From assembly GCA_047150005.1 (NCBI GenBank), contig AP038806.1:3712001-3776000 (forward strand): 64,000 bases of DNA, given 5' to 3'. The stretch is from Nitrospira sp. (lineage in GTDB: Bacteria > Nitrospirota > Nitrospiria > Nitrospirales > Nitrospiraceae). Shown here one piece after another: positions 62,687 through 64,000 of the stretch (position 1 is the stretch's first letter; the number at the start of each line of letters is the position of its first letter). The notes below the pieces were generated by a model. That model was not told the origin of the DNA and made no database searches. It saw only the letters and a list, made by a program, of their open reading frames with translations. Position numbers and translations under genes: made by a program.

Positions 62687-62729
62687 CAACGGAGCGGACT
62701 GATCGAAGGCTATTGTAAAAGAGATCTAG

Positions 62730-63907
62730 GGAAGGTCTGATTTATTCCTCTTCCGAGATATGCTAAGGATGGCGCCTCACTTCTGAGGAGGCACCCCCAT
62801 GCCGCAACAGACCTTTGCCGAGGGCACGTTCGAACAGTATCGCAAACCCACCCGCCGCGAGCGGTTCCTCGACGAGATGGATCGCGTGGTGCCGTGGGCG
62901 GAGTTGGTGGCCGTGATCGAGCCGGTCTATCCCAAGGCCGAGGGCCCGGGGCGTCCACCGATCGGGATCGAACGCATGCTGCGCCTCCATTGTCTGCAAC
63001 AATGGTTCAACCTGTCGGACCCCGCCGTGGAGGAAGCGTTGTACAACTCGCGGGCCATGCGGCAGTTCGTGGGCATTGATCTGGGCCGTGAGCCCGTGCC
63101 CGACGAGACGACCATCTGCAAGTTTCGGCATCTCTTGGAGGCCCACGAGTTGGGGAAACAGCTCTTTGCGCGGATCGGCACGTATCTGGCGGCGCAGGGC
63201 TTGACCGTGAGCCGGGGCACCATCGTGGATGCCACCATTATCAGTGCCCCCAGTTCGACGAAGAATCGTACGAAGGAGCGGGATCCGGAGATGCATCAGA
63301 CAAAGAAGGGAAACCAGTGGTACTTCGGCATGAAGGCCCATATTGGCGTGGACAGCCGCACCAAGCTGATTCATTCGGTCGCGGCCACGGCGGCGAATAT
63401 CCATGACAGTCAGGTGTTGCCCAAACTGCTGCATGGGCAGGAGACCCGGGTGTGGGGCGACTCAGCTTATAGCGGGCAACGTGACGTGATGCAGCGCCAC
63501 GCCCCCAGGGCCAAGAGCTTCGTGCAGACGAAAGCCCATCGCCATCAGCCGCTGAGTGAACCGGAGCGGGCCAGGAACCGGACGAAGTCGAAGGTCCGTG
63601 CGAAGGTCGAACATGTGTTCTTGGTGATGAAGCGGATCTTCGGCTGGGCCAAAGTCCGGTACCGTGGGTTGGCGAAGAACACCCACTGGCTCCAGATCAG
63701 CTGCGGCTTGGCCAATCTGTACATGGTGCGGCGACGGCTTTTGGCGGAGACGTAGGGAACGGGGGTCCGGAGACTGGCAACGAGCCATCGGACGGTGGGT
63801 GCGCCCCATGAACAGGCTCCCGGACCAGCGGATGCCTACCGGATTCGTCCTGCTGATCAGCCCAGGAACAAATTTCTGAGTGGAAATGTGAATAAATCAG
63901 ACCTTCC
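62730..63907 (+). mobile_element. Complete IS5-family insertion sequence (1178 bp)
   Basis: Perfect 18-bp terminal inverted repeats GGAAGGTCTGATTTATTC (62730-62747) and GAATAAATCAGACCTTCC (63890-63907); CTAG target duplication at 62726-62729 and 63908-63911. Confidence 0.96.
62799..63755 (+). CDS. IS5 family DDE transposase
   Basis: RRERFLDEM, QQWFNLSD, PDETTI, IVDATII, WYFGMKAHIGVD, GDSAY and RAKVEHVF motifs. Confidence 0.96.
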   Translation: MPQQTFAEGTFEQYRKPTRRERFLDEMDRVVPWAELVAVIEPVYPKAEGPGRPPIGIERMLRLHCLQQWFNLSDPAVEEALYNSRAMRQFVGIDLGREPVPDETTICKFRHLLEAHELGKQLFARIGTYLAAQGLTVSRGTIVDATIISAPSSTKNRTKERDPEMHQTKKGNQWYFGMKAHIGVDSRTKLIHSVAATAANIHDSQVLPKLLHGQETRVWGDSAYSGQRDVMQRHAPRAKSFVQTKAHRHQPLSEPERARNRTKSKVRAKVEHVFLVMKRIFGWAKVRYRGLAKNTHWLQISCGLANLYMVRRRLLAET

Positions 63908-63915
63908 CTAGGATG

Positions 63916-64000
63916 CTACTCGAGACGATGAACGCGTTGTTCAAGGCGTTCAACTCGGTCCTGCAGTTGACTGTGAGATAGCTGGATGACGGCGCGCGTT
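63916..64000 (-). CDS. 3' end of a second copy of the 22-aa-repeat coiled-coil gene (partial)
   Basis: Nearly identical to 58505-58589; encodes ...RAVIQLSHSQLQDRVERLEQRVHRLE*. Confidence 0.85.
   Translation of the reverse strand, partial: TRAVIQLSHSQLQDRVERLEQRVHRLE

Noticed and set aside
61500..62690. CRISPR array or integron attC sites
   Set aside because: No constant repeat with unique spacers, no clear RYYYAAC...GTTRRRY attC structure, and no integrase in the window.

Overview
GC-rich bacterial chromosome segment; gene content and style suggest a Nitrospira-like organism (inference, not searched). The left ~29 kb is mostly core genome: partial mtaB, ampG, class II ribonucleotide reductase nrdJ (with DnaA and tandem NrdR boxes upstream), rlpA, a CNNM/CorC protein, ligA, a LysM lipoprotein, a complete trpE-G-D-C-F-B-A cluster, and lnt-prfB-lysS-lolC/E-lolD, with the programmed +1 frameshift visible in prfB. 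The right ~35 kb is accessory and patchy. It holds a BamE-like gene with three paralogous lipoproteins, a TM0106-type nuclease-helicase, two paralogous His-rich beta-propellers, a WYL regulator, two MFS paralogues, aceE-aceF-lpdA, a vWA protein, a duplicated 22-aa-repeat coiled-coil gene, hicBA and vapBC modules, and an intact IS5 with a CTAG target duplication. The most interesting unexplained structure has two parts. (i) A 68-bp block occurs twice and contains the dyad GTGAC-N7-GTCAC and TGTCAC-N10-TA-N3-T, the same geometry as PafBC/WYL-activated promoters; it precedes a secreted NP[FY]-repeat protein and a vWA protein. (ii) Heptamer-built direct repeats (CTCAGCA and AAATCCG types) bracket single-gene or TA 'cassettes' without a recombinase in the window. 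Product names come from motif recognition only; no searches were run.
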